In this document: positions 1 through 7,799 of the stretch, one piece after another
Layout: each line of letters starts with the position of its first letter
Position numbering within the stretch: position 1 is the first letter of the stretch
From: Oscillospiraceae bacterium
GTDB taxonomy: Bacteria > Bacillota > Clostridia > Oscillospirales > CAG-272
Length of the DNA: 64,000 nucleotides
Reading direction: 5' to 3'
Assembly (NCBI GenBank): GCA_015063385.1
Contig: SVUG01000005.1
Span: forward strand, 5,043 to 69,042
The notes under the pieces: generated by a model
The model's database searches: none
Seen by the model: only the letters and a program-made list of their open reading frames with translations
Told to the model about the DNA's origin: nothing
Translations under genes and position numbers: made by a program

Positions 1-276
1 CTGCAATCGCAGTCGGGGTCATCGGTGAGCTTTTTGAAATGCTCACACGGCTCTTGCATCAAGGTGACGAACGGAAAGCCGTCGTTTGTATATATAGGAT
101 TTTTAATAAAGTCGGGATATATCTCGACAGGCTCGAACTGTCTGTCGGTTTCCTCGTAATAGCCGTACCTTATTTCAAAGGTAGCTCCGTGAAGCTCGAT
201 TACCTTGAATAGCTCGCCTTCTTTCGGTGTAGGCGGTTTCGAGCTTACGTTGATCTCGGTAAATCTTGAAAACATA
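1..276 (-). CDS. hypothetical protein (3' end runs off window start)
   Basis: Open minus-strand frame from ATG (276..274) to position 1. It is missing from the ORF track only because no stop lies in the window. AGGAGA (rc of 281..286) lies 4 nt upstream. Translation starts MFSRFTEINVSSKPPTPKEGELFKVIELHGATFEIRYGYYEE; no family recognised. Confidence 0.45.
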
Positions 277-366
277 CGTTCTCCTTTCAAACAGAAAAAA
301 TCTGCTACGCTGTCCTTACAATAACAGTATAGCAGATTATTTCAAAAATTTGTACTATCTAAACTA

Positions 367-392
367 CCCCCAAAAAGTACATACTTTTGGGG
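367..392 (-). terminator. stem-loop downstream of the four-helix-bundle gene (weak terminator candidate)
   Basis: CCCCAAAAAGT / ACTTTTGGGG, about 10 bp with one bulge. Only a weak U-run follows on the minus strand. Confidence 0.3.
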
Positions 393-440
393 TGCTTTAG
401 GAAATTTATATAACTTTTTATGGGTGTTTTGGACATATAA

Positions 441-470
441 AATGCAAAATGCAAAGTGCAAAATGCAAAA
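441..470. repeat. heptamer array (ATGCAAA/GTGCAAA x4), left arm of an inverted repeat
   Basis: Sequence AATGCAAAATGCAAAGTGCAAAATGCAAAA. Positions 448..470 are the exact reverse complement of 837..859. Confidence 0.9.
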
Positions 471-815
471 TTATTTGTTCGTTTTTTTGCAGATAGATAC
501 CAAGATAGCGATTATCTCTTTGATTTCTGGCTCTATGCTATTAAACTCCCTTTCGGAAAGATAATCTGTTTCGCGCAGTAGTCGAATCCAATATTCCGTT
601 TCATTCGCTTCCTTTAGAGCGATATTCATCTTCATATTAAAATCGGCTTTGCTCTGTCCTTTTTGAGCCTCAGATACGTTCGCACCTATGCTCGTACCGC
701 TACGCAAAATCTGCTTTGATAAAACAAATTCTTTTTTGGATTCGGTCAAATACTGATATAGCCTCACAATACGCACCGCAAACCCAAAGCTCTTATATTC
801 AATAATGTTATCCAT
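471..815 (-). CDS. four-helix-bundle protein (23S rRNA intervening-sequence protein family)
   Basis: 114-aa ORF with the family pattern SKQILRSGTSIGANVSEA...ALKEANETEYWIRLL. AGGAGGAG lies just upstream of the ATG (819..826). Confidence 0.85.
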   Translation of the reverse strand: MDNIIEYKSFGFAVRIVRLYQYLTESKKEFVLSKQILRSGTSIGANVSEAQKGQSKADFNMKMNIALKEANETEYWIRLLRETDYLSEREFNSIEPEIKEIIAILVSICKKTNK

Positions 816-830
816 TTTCTCCTCCTAAAT

Positions 831-860
831 TTTGCATTTTGCATTTTGCACTTTGCATTT
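831..860. repeat. heptamer array (TTTGCAT/TTTGCAC x4), right arm of an inverted repeat
   Basis: Sequence TTTGCATTTTGCATTTTGCACTTTGCATTT. It forms a 23-bp perfect inverted repeat with 448..470 and abuts the stop codon of the upstream regulator (859..861). Confidence 0.9.
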
Positions 861-2094
861 ACAATATTGCGGCAAATTCATCTCTTGAAAGACCGCTTTT
901 TTCCTTGATGATTTTAATTGCCTGCTTAACGCCGGAGAGCGACATATTCGTTCTTGCGGCTATCTCGGCATCCGAGAGCTTGAAGGCGGCAAGGCGGGCG
1001 ACGACTCTGTTCTGGTCTGAAAGCTTGGCAATAATTTGCTGGCCCTTGATGTTTCCGTTGAGCCTGGTCCAGCCATCATTATATATCTTATGCAAGCGTT
1101 TCACTTCATTCCAAGCGTCCTCGTCAAGAGGCGCAAGGCGTCTTTCAATAAGTGCATAGAGTATTCGGCAATACTCCGCAATCGTGCCGTAGAGCTTATC
1201 GGGGATAGCAAGCTCAAGAGCTCTGTCAATATGTCTTACGGCTTCCTTGTCGTTGCCACAGTTATGGTAAACTGCGGCACAGGTCATACGCAGATATATC
1301 TCGGACATAACCGTGCTTTGCTCGTCTGCCCAGCAAATCATAGGCTCAATAGTATAAGGAACGCTCGTCATAACGTAAAGTCCCTCTGCTCCCGGAAGCT
1401 TCATAACGCCCGTTGCAACCGAGTATGCTACGGCATACAAAAACTTTGCGTAATATACCTTCGCGGCGGGGTAAGAATCCTTGTGAAGCGGTGTAAAGCA
1501 GCCTGTTTGAAACCATTTTGGGAAGCTTTGTACGTTATAGAGCATAATATCCACCGCACTTATAGCAAGCTGCATTACGTCGCGGTCGTTATCGTTTTTC
1601 GCAGGTGCTTCCGATATATGTATTTTCGCCCTTCTCCACATATCAATATCGCCCTTCCATATAGCACACATGGCGAGGAGCATACCGCCGCCGATTACCG
1701 CAAAGAAGCCCGAGTGCTTACGAAGAAGGTAATTTGCACTGTCGTAAACCTTGTCAATTTCACCTCTTGAGTATGCAACCTCGGCTGCAAAAAGCGCCTG
1801 TGCCTCGTGGTTATATGCAAGACTCTCGGCAGCGGCGTCGGCAGTTCCGGGGGTGTTGTAAAGGTCGCTCATATACAGGAATGGGGTTTTCCTGGGCATT
1901 GGCATATCCTCGTTTGCAAGGGCTCTGCCTGCTTTTGTTCTGGCGTCCAGGGGCTTCAGTGCGTCCTTCGGAATCATCCAGGAGCGTCCAAAGCGGATAG
2001 CGCCCTCTATCTTTCCCTCCGAGCAAAGTATCTGAACCCGTCGGATGCCTATGCCCCATTTTTTAGCCGCTTCGTCTATTTTTAAGTATTCCAT
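859..2094 (-). CDS. transcriptional regulator with N-terminal excisionase/MerR-type HTH and C-terminal LuxR/GerE-type HTH
   Basis: 411 aa. N-terminus LKIDEAAKKWGIGIRRVQILCSEGKIEGAIRFGRSWMIP fits the HTH_17 pattern. C-terminus LSDQNRVVARLAAFKLSDAEIAARTNMSLSGVKQAIKIIKEK fits the GerE pattern. A roughly 300-aa helical middle region separates them. Confidence 0.8.
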   Translation of the reverse strand: MEYLKIDEAAKKWGIGIRRVQILCSEGKIEGAIRFGRSWMIPKDALKPLDARTKAGRALANEDMPMPRKTPFLYMSDLYNTPGTADAAAESLAYNHEAQALFAAEVAYSRGEIDKVYDSANYLLRKHSGFFAVIGGGMLLAMCAIWKGDIDMWRRAKIHISEAPAKNDNDRDVMQLAISAVDIMLYNVQSFPKWFQTGCFTPLHKDSYPAAKVYYAKFLYAVAYSVATGVMKLPGAEGLYVMTSVPYTIEPMICWADEQSTVMSEIYLRMTCAAVYHNCGNDKEAVRHIDRALELAIPDKLYGTIAEYCRILYALIERRLAPLDEDAWNEVKRLHKIYNDGWTRLNGNIKGQQIIAKLSDQNRVVARLAAFKLSDAEIAARTNMSLSGVKQAIKIIKEKSGLSRDEFAAIL

Positions 2095-2174
2095 ATATAT
2101 TCTTTTACCTCCCGAAAACAGCGTTTTATATTATTCGTTATTACGAACTATTATTGCTCGCTTTAGCGAATAAT

Positions 2175-2203
2175 ATTATACATCTTTTTTTCGGGCCTGT
2201 CAA
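2175..2203 (-). promoter_or_regulatory. sigma-A type promoter for the LuxR-type regulator
   Basis: Minus-strand TTGACA (2203..2198), 17 nt spacer, TATAAT (2180..2175), about 80 nt upstream of the ATG. Confidence 0.6.
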
Positions 2204-2362
2204 TCGGTTTTTGAGTTTTATTTTTCTGCACAAAAAAGCGTAAGCAACAGCGAAAGACGGCACGAGTTCAGAGCAAAAAACGCAAAAAAGTAAATAAAAG
2301 TAGTCAAAGCCACCGAGTTAGTTGACAAAGCCCTCTCAAAAATTGAAGTTTTAAAATTCAAG

Positions 2363-2391
2363 AAAAAAAGAGCGGTGCTATTACACCGCTC
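2363..2391 (-). terminator. rho-independent terminator ending the fructan operon
   Basis: GAGCGGTG-CTATTA-CACCGCTC (2370..2391), followed on the minus strand by U7 (A-run 2363..2369). It lies immediately after the GH32 stop at 2397. Confidence 0.8.
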
Positions 2392-2396
2392 GTTTT

Positions 2397-3758
2397 TTAT
2401 GCTCTTAATATAATATCTGCCCTTTCATACTGACAGTTTTTTGCTTTAACGGTAAGCTCTAAGCCGTCTGCTGCGTCGGGGGGATATATGGTGGAGGTCA
2501 GCGACCTGCCGTCCTCAAAGATTTCTACGGAGAAGTCGTCCATGACGATAGTCAGGGTTATATCCTTCTTATCAGAGCACGGCATACGGCGAATGCCACT
2601 CAAGGAATCGGCATCCTTTTCTACACCGACGATAGCCTCGCCCGATTTGGAACGGTCGAATACCCATTCTCCGTTCTGTAAGGTCAGCGTGGTATAGTTC
2701 TCACCGTCTGCGCGCATTTTCATTTCAAGCGCTTCAAGACCCGTTGTCTTTACGGTAATTACGCCTCTTTTCACGTTATCGAGAAGCTTGCCGTTTACTT
2801 CGGTTTTATATGCCTCGGTGCAGCTTACAAGCGGCTCCTGATAAAGTCTGCCGTCCACTACGGACACTTTTCTCGGCACCGTCAGCATACCTGAAAAGCC
2901 GTATTTTTCAGAGGGAACGTTTCTGTCCCACATATTAAGCCAGCCCATTATCATATTCCTGCCGGTGAAGGTCTGCGGAGCATACATATCAAAGCCGTAG
3001 TCAACTATTCCGCGCGAACTCTCTATGAATTTGCCGGCGGCATAATCGATTTTTCCGATAGCGTATCGGCAGGTATGTACGTTTAAGTGAACTCCGTTTT
3101 CGCTCGGCTGGAACTGCTCGCAATATAGCAGATAACCAAGCTCCTCGTTATAGTCGGGACATTCTATCATTATACCCGGAGAGTCCTTGCCAAAGAGGTC
3201 TCCGACAAACTCCCATTTAAATAAATCCGCCGATTTATATAACAGGATTCTGCCTCTGCCGTCTATCCTTCTGGCTGCAACGATGCACCAGAAGCAGTCA
3301 TCGTGACGCCAAATCTTCGGGTCGCGGAAATCAGCGGGAGCGTATCCCTCGGGCAAATCCTTTTCTCCGATAACTATACCGTGCTTTTTAAAGGTTATAC
3401 CGTCATCGCTTTCTGCAAGGCACTGAAGCTGTCTTATGCTGTCACCGCCTTGGTTTTCCGTAAATCCGGTGTAGAGAAGCCAAAGCTTTCCACCGTATAC
3501 GATTGCACTGCCCGAAAAGCAGCCGTTTTTGTCACCGTCATCACCGGGTACAAGGGCGTTGGGTAGGTATTGCCAATTCGTTAAATCATCGCTGACAACG
3601 TGTCCCCAATGCATCGGGCCCCACTTGGTATCATATGGATTGTGCTGGAAAAACGCGTGGTACTTACCGTTATAGTATATCAGTCCGTTAGGGTCGTTTA
3701 TCCAGCCGGTCTTTCCTGTGATATGAAAAGCAGGTTCTTTCGTCTTTTTTATAGTCAT
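2397..3758 (-). CDS. GH32 beta-fructofuranosidase, no signal peptide (intracellular sucrase / exo-fructosidase type)
   Basis: GH32 blocks WINDPNG, FRDPKIW and ECPD. The track ORF extends to a GTG at 3791. I prefer ATG 3758 (MTIKKTKEPAFH), but the start is uncertain. Confidence 0.9.
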   Translation of the reverse strand: MTIKKTKEPAFHITGKTGWINDPNGLIYYNGKYHAFFQHNPYDTKWGPMHWGHVVSDDLTNWQYLPNALVPGDDGDKNGCFSGSAIVYGGKLWLLYTGFTENQGGDSIRQLQCLAESDDGITFKKHGIVIGEKDLPEGYAPADFRDPKIWRHDDCFWCIVAARRIDGRGRILLYKSADLFKWEFVGDLFGKDSPGIMIECPDYNEELGYLLYCEQFQPSENGVHLNVHTCRYAIGKIDYAAGKFIESSRGIVDYGFDMYAPQTFTGRNMIMGWLNMWDRNVPSEKYGFSGMLTVPRKVSVVDGRLYQEPLVSCTEAYKTEVNGKLLDNVKRGVITVKTTGLEALEMKMRADGENYTTLTLQNGEWVFDRSKSGEAIVGVEKDADSLSGIRRMPCSDKKDITLTIVMDDFSVEIFEDGRSLTSTIYPPDAADGLELTVKAKNCQYERADIILRA

Positions 3759-3848
3759 ATTTATTCTTTCGTTTTTTGTGCCTCCCCCCACCGAGTTTGG
3801 CAGGGGAAGCTGTTTTGGTTAATTATGCGAATGTTTTAAGAGGGTTGT

Positions 3849-6800
3849 TTACTTCTGAATGAAGCCCTCGGGCTTACTGTCAAGATTTACTCTGAAATCA
3901 TCAACTACGAAGCAACCGTAGTTGCCTGTAGCATTGTCAACTACTCTGAAGAAGCAGTTTACTTCAGGACCGTTATACTGATAACAGTATGCATTCATCT
4001 TGGTATTAATCTTTCCCTCAGCATCGTTAAGGAAGGTTGCAATTACAGAACCGTCTGCTCTGCACAATTGAACACATACAGTATCGATAACAAGAGGCTG
4101 ATTTGCAGCACCGCCTGCGCCACCGAACTTAAAGGCTACGAAAGCACCCTGCTTTAAGCTGAAGGTAGAGCTCTGAAGAGTACCCTTGCTATTTTCACAG
4201 TTGATTCCGTCAGGTCTGCAGAACGTGAAGATCATATCACCGTCTTTTATGCCGTCGTTCTTAGTGTACCAATCTGCATCGTGCTCGGAGCTTTCTACCC
4301 AACCAAGTGTGTTTTGAGCACCTGCTTCGGTTACGTTCATAGTCCAACCATCAAGATTACCCGTTTCAAAGCTGCCGTTTTCGATAGTGTACTTAAGGCT
4401 GCTCTTAACATCGTTTGCGGTAATGCCTGCGGGAAGGCTTTCAGCGTTTGCATAATATGTTACAAGGTTATCGAAGGATACGCAGCCCCAGTCGCGATCT
4501 GCCTGGTCAACAACCTGGAATCTTACGCTTCTGCCAATATAAGCAGAAAGGTCTGCAACGTATGTCTTAAGAACAGGGTTTCCTTCCTTCATCTGCTGAT
4601 GATATCTTGCAAGAACCTCGCCTGTTGCAGCGTCAATTACCTGAACGTAGCAAAGATCGTTGTCACCGCCGCCGAGCATGAATGAAATGTATCCTATTCC
4701 GCCAATTTCAAATACCGAGCTGGTAAGCGATCCGCGGTTTCCTTCTCTCATTGTATCGGCATTCAAGCTTGCAGTACCGGTAAAGAGATATTCACCATTT
4801 TTCTCGTAAGAAAGGCCGTTATCCCATGCACCTGAATTTGTAACAACGCCGATTTCGCCGTCGTTCGTCCAGCCGTAGAGATTACCCGTTTCAAAGCTGC
4901 CGTTTGCAACTTGATGCTTACAATCTATTGCATCTACAAAGCCATCGGTAGGAACCTCATCATAATAGGTTATGAAGCTATCACAGAAGAAGAGACCGTA
5001 ATCGCCGGTTGCATTATCAACGATGCGAATGTAAACGGTTTTTCCTTCCGCCTCTTCGGGAAGAACTGCCTTGTATGCATGCAATGCGCAAGCAGCATCC
5101 TTATTTGCTCTCCAAGCAGAATTGCCGTAACGAGCATAAATCTTACCTGTAGTGGCATCTACAATTTCAACGAATACGTCGTGCTTTGCCGCGCCAAGCT
5201 TGAAGGTAATAACGCGATTTGTAGATACAACGAAGGGAGAGGAAGTCAAGGTACCGCAAGCAGCCTCATCATTAGTAGCATACGCGGAGAACATTTTCTC
5301 GCCGTCCATGCCAAAAGCATAGCCTTCAGCACTATCAGGGTCATTGATCCAGTAGTGTGTATCGGAGCTTACGGCACCGATATTACCAACTACCGTCCAG
5401 CCGTCAAGACCGTTCTCGAAGCCGCCGTTTTCAAGTCTGTACTCGGTGGAATCTACGATAGCAAGCTTGTAGGTGTACTCAATAGAGCCTGCCACGCCGT
5501 TTGCTACGTAGGAAACGGTGACGGTAAGGGTTTCGTAGGTGACATTGCTGTTATAGCTATCACCAAAGGTGAAGGTGTAAAGCGCATCTGCTGCTACACC
5601 GTTTACAGCGTAGCTGAGTGCAAGCTCGCCTGCGTTATCTACGTTTTCGGAAAGGTCAAGCGTGGTGCTTGCCTTGTTTTCAAGCAAGTAGAGGTCAAAG
5701 GACTTAACAACCTCGCCGTTCTTTACGGTAGGTGCCAAATCGTTGGTAATCTCAACAGACAGGTCAAGAGAGTATACCTTTTCGCCGTCGTAATTAACGA
5801 TGATGGATACCGTCACATCGGTTGCTTCATTTACATCGCCTGCGGTGATGGTAAACTTGCCGTCTGCAATATCACTAAGAACTGCAATAGCGCTATTTGC
5901 CTGAACTGCGTAGGTAATCTTGCTAAGGCCGTTTTCGTTAATATAATCAGCTATTACGATTTCCTGATTGTTTCCTGAGAAGAGCTTGAAGGACTTATTT
6001 GCTCCCTCAACCTCAAGAACAGGTCTTACTGCAAGTGCAAGACGTGCATTGGTAAGAGCCTCGGTAGCTGCATTAACGTCTGCCGCGGTAGCTGCTATGT
6101 CGTCTGCAAGAGCCTTTGCTGCAGCAAGCTTCTCAAGATATGCGTTATAGGAAGCCTCGGTGTAGTCGCCCTGTGCGGTAATCTCAAGAGCAAGCTCTGC
6201 ATTAAGAGCCGCCTTGTCTGCGAGAAGATTCTCTGCAAGAACTGCACCCTCGGGGAGCTGTTCATCGGAGCCGTAGTAGGTCTTGAGCTCGTCGAAGTAT
6301 ACGAAGCCAAAGCCACCGTCCTCTTCATAATCGTGAATAACAAATCTGATTTTCTGCTCCTGGAATGCAGAAATATCTACCTTATAGGTGACAAAGTTGC
6401 AAACGAATACGGTATCACCAACCATTTCACGAGTTGCCTCAACGCCTGCGGGGAAATCAGCAAACTTGGTGTTGCGGTAAAGTGCTACTACCTCGCCTGC
6501 CTCGTTTTCAATAGTAATATATACCTTTTGCTTACCTGCAGCGCCGATCATATAGGTTGCGTACTGGCTATTTACCACGAAGTAAGGAGATGCAAGGCTT
6601 CCGTTGCCACGTCCCTCGGAGGTGAAATACTTTCCTACGTTGAACATGGGGAATGCCTGATCCCAGAATGTAGCTCTGTCGTCAACACCGCCAAAGGACT
6701 CGCTTGCGGTCCAGCCGTCTGCTATGCCATTCTCAAAGTTGCCACCTGCAACTCTGTAGGCGCCGGTATCTCTGATGCCGAGATTGTAGGTATACTCAAT

Positions 6801-7742
6801 AGTACCTGCCACGCCGTTTGCCTCATAAGAAACGGTTATGGTGAATACCTGGTAAGCATACTCGTCGGAATAGTCACCGAGCGCGAGGGTATAAAGAGCA
6901 CCGTTCAAGGTCAAGTCCTCTTCACCGCACTTTGCGGAATAGGTAAGTTCAAGATTGCCGGCGTTATCTATATTCGCGCCGAAGTCGATAACGTAGCTTT
7001 CCTTGTTCTCAAGGTCAAAGATATCAATATCATTGCTAACGCTCTCGTTCTTTAATACGGGAGCTATATCGTTGGTAATTTTAACAGCAAGCTCGATTTC
7101 AAGCTTTGCAGTGCCGTCGTAGGAAACGACAATCGATACCGTCACAGGCGTTTCTTCTCTTACCTCGTCTGCCGAGATAGTAAACTTACCGTCTACGATT
7201 TCGCTAAGCTCTACAACTGCGTTGTTTGCACTAATAGCGTACGTAATCTTGCTAAGACCGTTTACGTTAACGTAATCGGACAAAGTGATTTCCTTGCTGT
7301 CGCCGGAGATGATTCTGAACGACTTGTTTCCGCCCTCGACTTCCTCGATAGGTCTGATAGCAAGTGCTCCGCGCGCTGCGCTCAATGCTGCGGCAGCTGC
7401 ATCAACTGCTGCCTGAGTAGCTGCCTCGTCAGCCGCCACTGCCTTTGCCTCGGCAAGCTTTGCTGCGTATGCCTCGTAGGAAGCAAGTGTGTAATCGCCC
7501 TGCGCCGATATCTCGAGAGCAAGCTCTGCGTTAAGAGCGGTTTTGTCAACCGAAACGGCCTCGCCTGAGCCTGAGCCGTCACCCTCGCCCTCACCTGAGC
7601 CTTCGCCAGAGCCTTCGCCCGAGCCCGATCCTGAGCCTGAGCCTGAGCCGTTGCCCTTGTTAATGAGTGAGCAGCTAACAGTCGTAAATGCTATAACAAC
7701 GATTAAGAGCGCGATTAAAATGCTTTGTAATAATCTTGTCAT
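3849..7742 (-). CDS. large cell-surface lipoprotein, non-catalytic: GS linker, 2 FIVAR-like segments, Ig-like repeats, 4 CBM4_9-like beta-sandwich modules (putative fructan-binding protein)
   Basis: The track ORF is 3849..7757. The internal ATG 7742 has GGAG 9 nt upstream and gives the signal MTRLLQSILIALLIVVIAFTTVSC. FIVAR-like DK[TA]ALNAELALEI[ST]AQGDYT.ASY.AY occurs twice. Modules open with NG.FE.G..GWT four times. No catalytic motif recognised. Confidence 0.85.
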   Translation of the reverse strand: MTRLLQSILIALLIVVIAFTTVSCSLINKGNGSGSGSGSGSGEGSGEGSGEGEGDGSGSGEAVSVDKTALNAELALEISAQGDYTLASYEAYAAKLAEAKAVAADEAATQAAVDAAAAALSAARGALAIRPIEEVEGGNKSFRIISGDSKEITLSDYVNVNGLSKITYAISANNAVVELSEIVDGKFTISADEVREETPVTVSIVVSYDGTAKLEIELAVKITNDIAPVLKNESVSNDIDIFDLENKESYVIDFGANIDNAGNLELTYSAKCGEEDLTLNGALYTLALGDYSDEYAYQVFTITVSYEANGVAGTIEYTYNLGIRDTGAYRVAGGNFENGIADGWTASESFGGVDDRATFWDQAFPMFNVGKYFTSEGRGNGSLASPYFVVNSQYATYMIGAAGKQKVYITIENEAGEVVALYRNTKFADFPAGVEATREMVGDTVFVCNFVTYKVDISAFQEQKIRFVIHDYEEDGGFGFVYFDELKTYYGSDEQLPEGAVLAENLLADKAALNAELALEITAQGDYTEASYNAYLEKLAAAKALADDIAATAADVNAATEALTNARLALAVRPVLEVEGANKSFKLFSGNNQEIVIADYINENGLSKITYAVQANSAIAVLSDIADGKFTITAGDVNEATDVTVSIIVNYDGEKVYSLDLSVEITNDLAPTVKNGEVVKSFDLYLLENKASTTLDLSENVDNAGELALSYAVNGVAADALYTFTFGDSYNSNVTYETLTVTVSYVANGVAGSIEYTYKLAIVDSTEYRLENGGFENGLDGWTVVGNIGAVSSDTHYWINDPDSAEGYAFGMDGEKMFSAYATNDEAACGTLTSSPFVVSTNRVITFKLGAAKHDVFVEIVDATTGKIYARYGNSAWRANKDAACALHAYKAVLPEEAEGKTVYIRIVDNATGDYGLFFCDSFITYYDEVPTDGFVDAIDCKHQVANGSFETGNLYGWTNDGEIGVVTNSGAWDNGLSYEKNGEYLFTGTASLNADTMREGNRGSLTSSVFEIGGIGYISFMLGGGDNDLCYVQVIDAATGEVLARYHQQMKEGNPVLKTYVADLSAYIGRSVRFQVVDQADRDWGCVSFDNLVTYYANAESLPAGITANDVKSSLKYTIENGSFETGNLDGWTMNVTEAGAQNTLGWVESSEHDADWYTKNDGIKDGDMIFTFCRPDGINCENSKGTLQSSTFSLKQGAFVAFKFGGAGGAANQPLVIDTVCVQLCRADGSVIATFLNDAEGKINTKMNAYCYQYNGPEVNCFFRVVDNATGNYGCFVVDDFRVNLDSKPEGFIQK
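4890..7547 (-). repeat. diverged internal tandem duplication (2 x about 1.33 kb, about 443 codons) inside the 1302-aa gene
   Basis: Copy A starts at DKTALNAELALEISAQGDYTLASY (aa 71). Copy B starts at DKAALNAELALEITAQGDYTEASY (aa 514). They are colinear through the FIVAR, Ig-like and first sandwich-module segments. The end coordinate is approximate. Confidence 0.7.
7560..7655 (-). repeat. imperfect GGC/TCA/GAG-rich repeats encoding a Gly-Ser-Glu linker
   Basis: Encodes GNGSGSGSGSGSGEGSGEGSGEGEGDGSGSGE directly after the lipobox. Confidence 0.8.
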
Positions 7743-7799
7743 TTTCTTATACTCCATAATTTGATTTTTATTAGAGTTGCTAAAATTTAAATTTATTAT

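Noticed and set aside
441-860. The heptamer arrays as a CRISPR array, satellite or phase-variation tract.
   Set aside because: There are only four 7-nt units per side, no spacers and no cas genes. The arrangement is an inverted pair around one gene, so it is reported as a cassette boundary instead.
4911-5978. Long antisense or out-of-frame ORFs in the track. Examples: 1036..1770, 4911..5978, 6333..7055, 8001..9242, 10888..11724, 15032..15661, 29746..30390, 37820..38530, 42171..43184, 46524..47324, 48284..48979, 56856..57602, 58850..59779.
   Set aside because: Each lies wholly inside a gene on the other strand or frame that has strong family motifs. Their translations are Cys/Arg/Val-rich, with no motif, no RBS and no sensible start context. 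They are typical shadow ORFs.
7560-7655. The GS-linker repeat as a slipped-strand phase-variation switch.
   Set aside because: The units are imperfect and in multiples of three, so slippage would change linker length, not reading frame.
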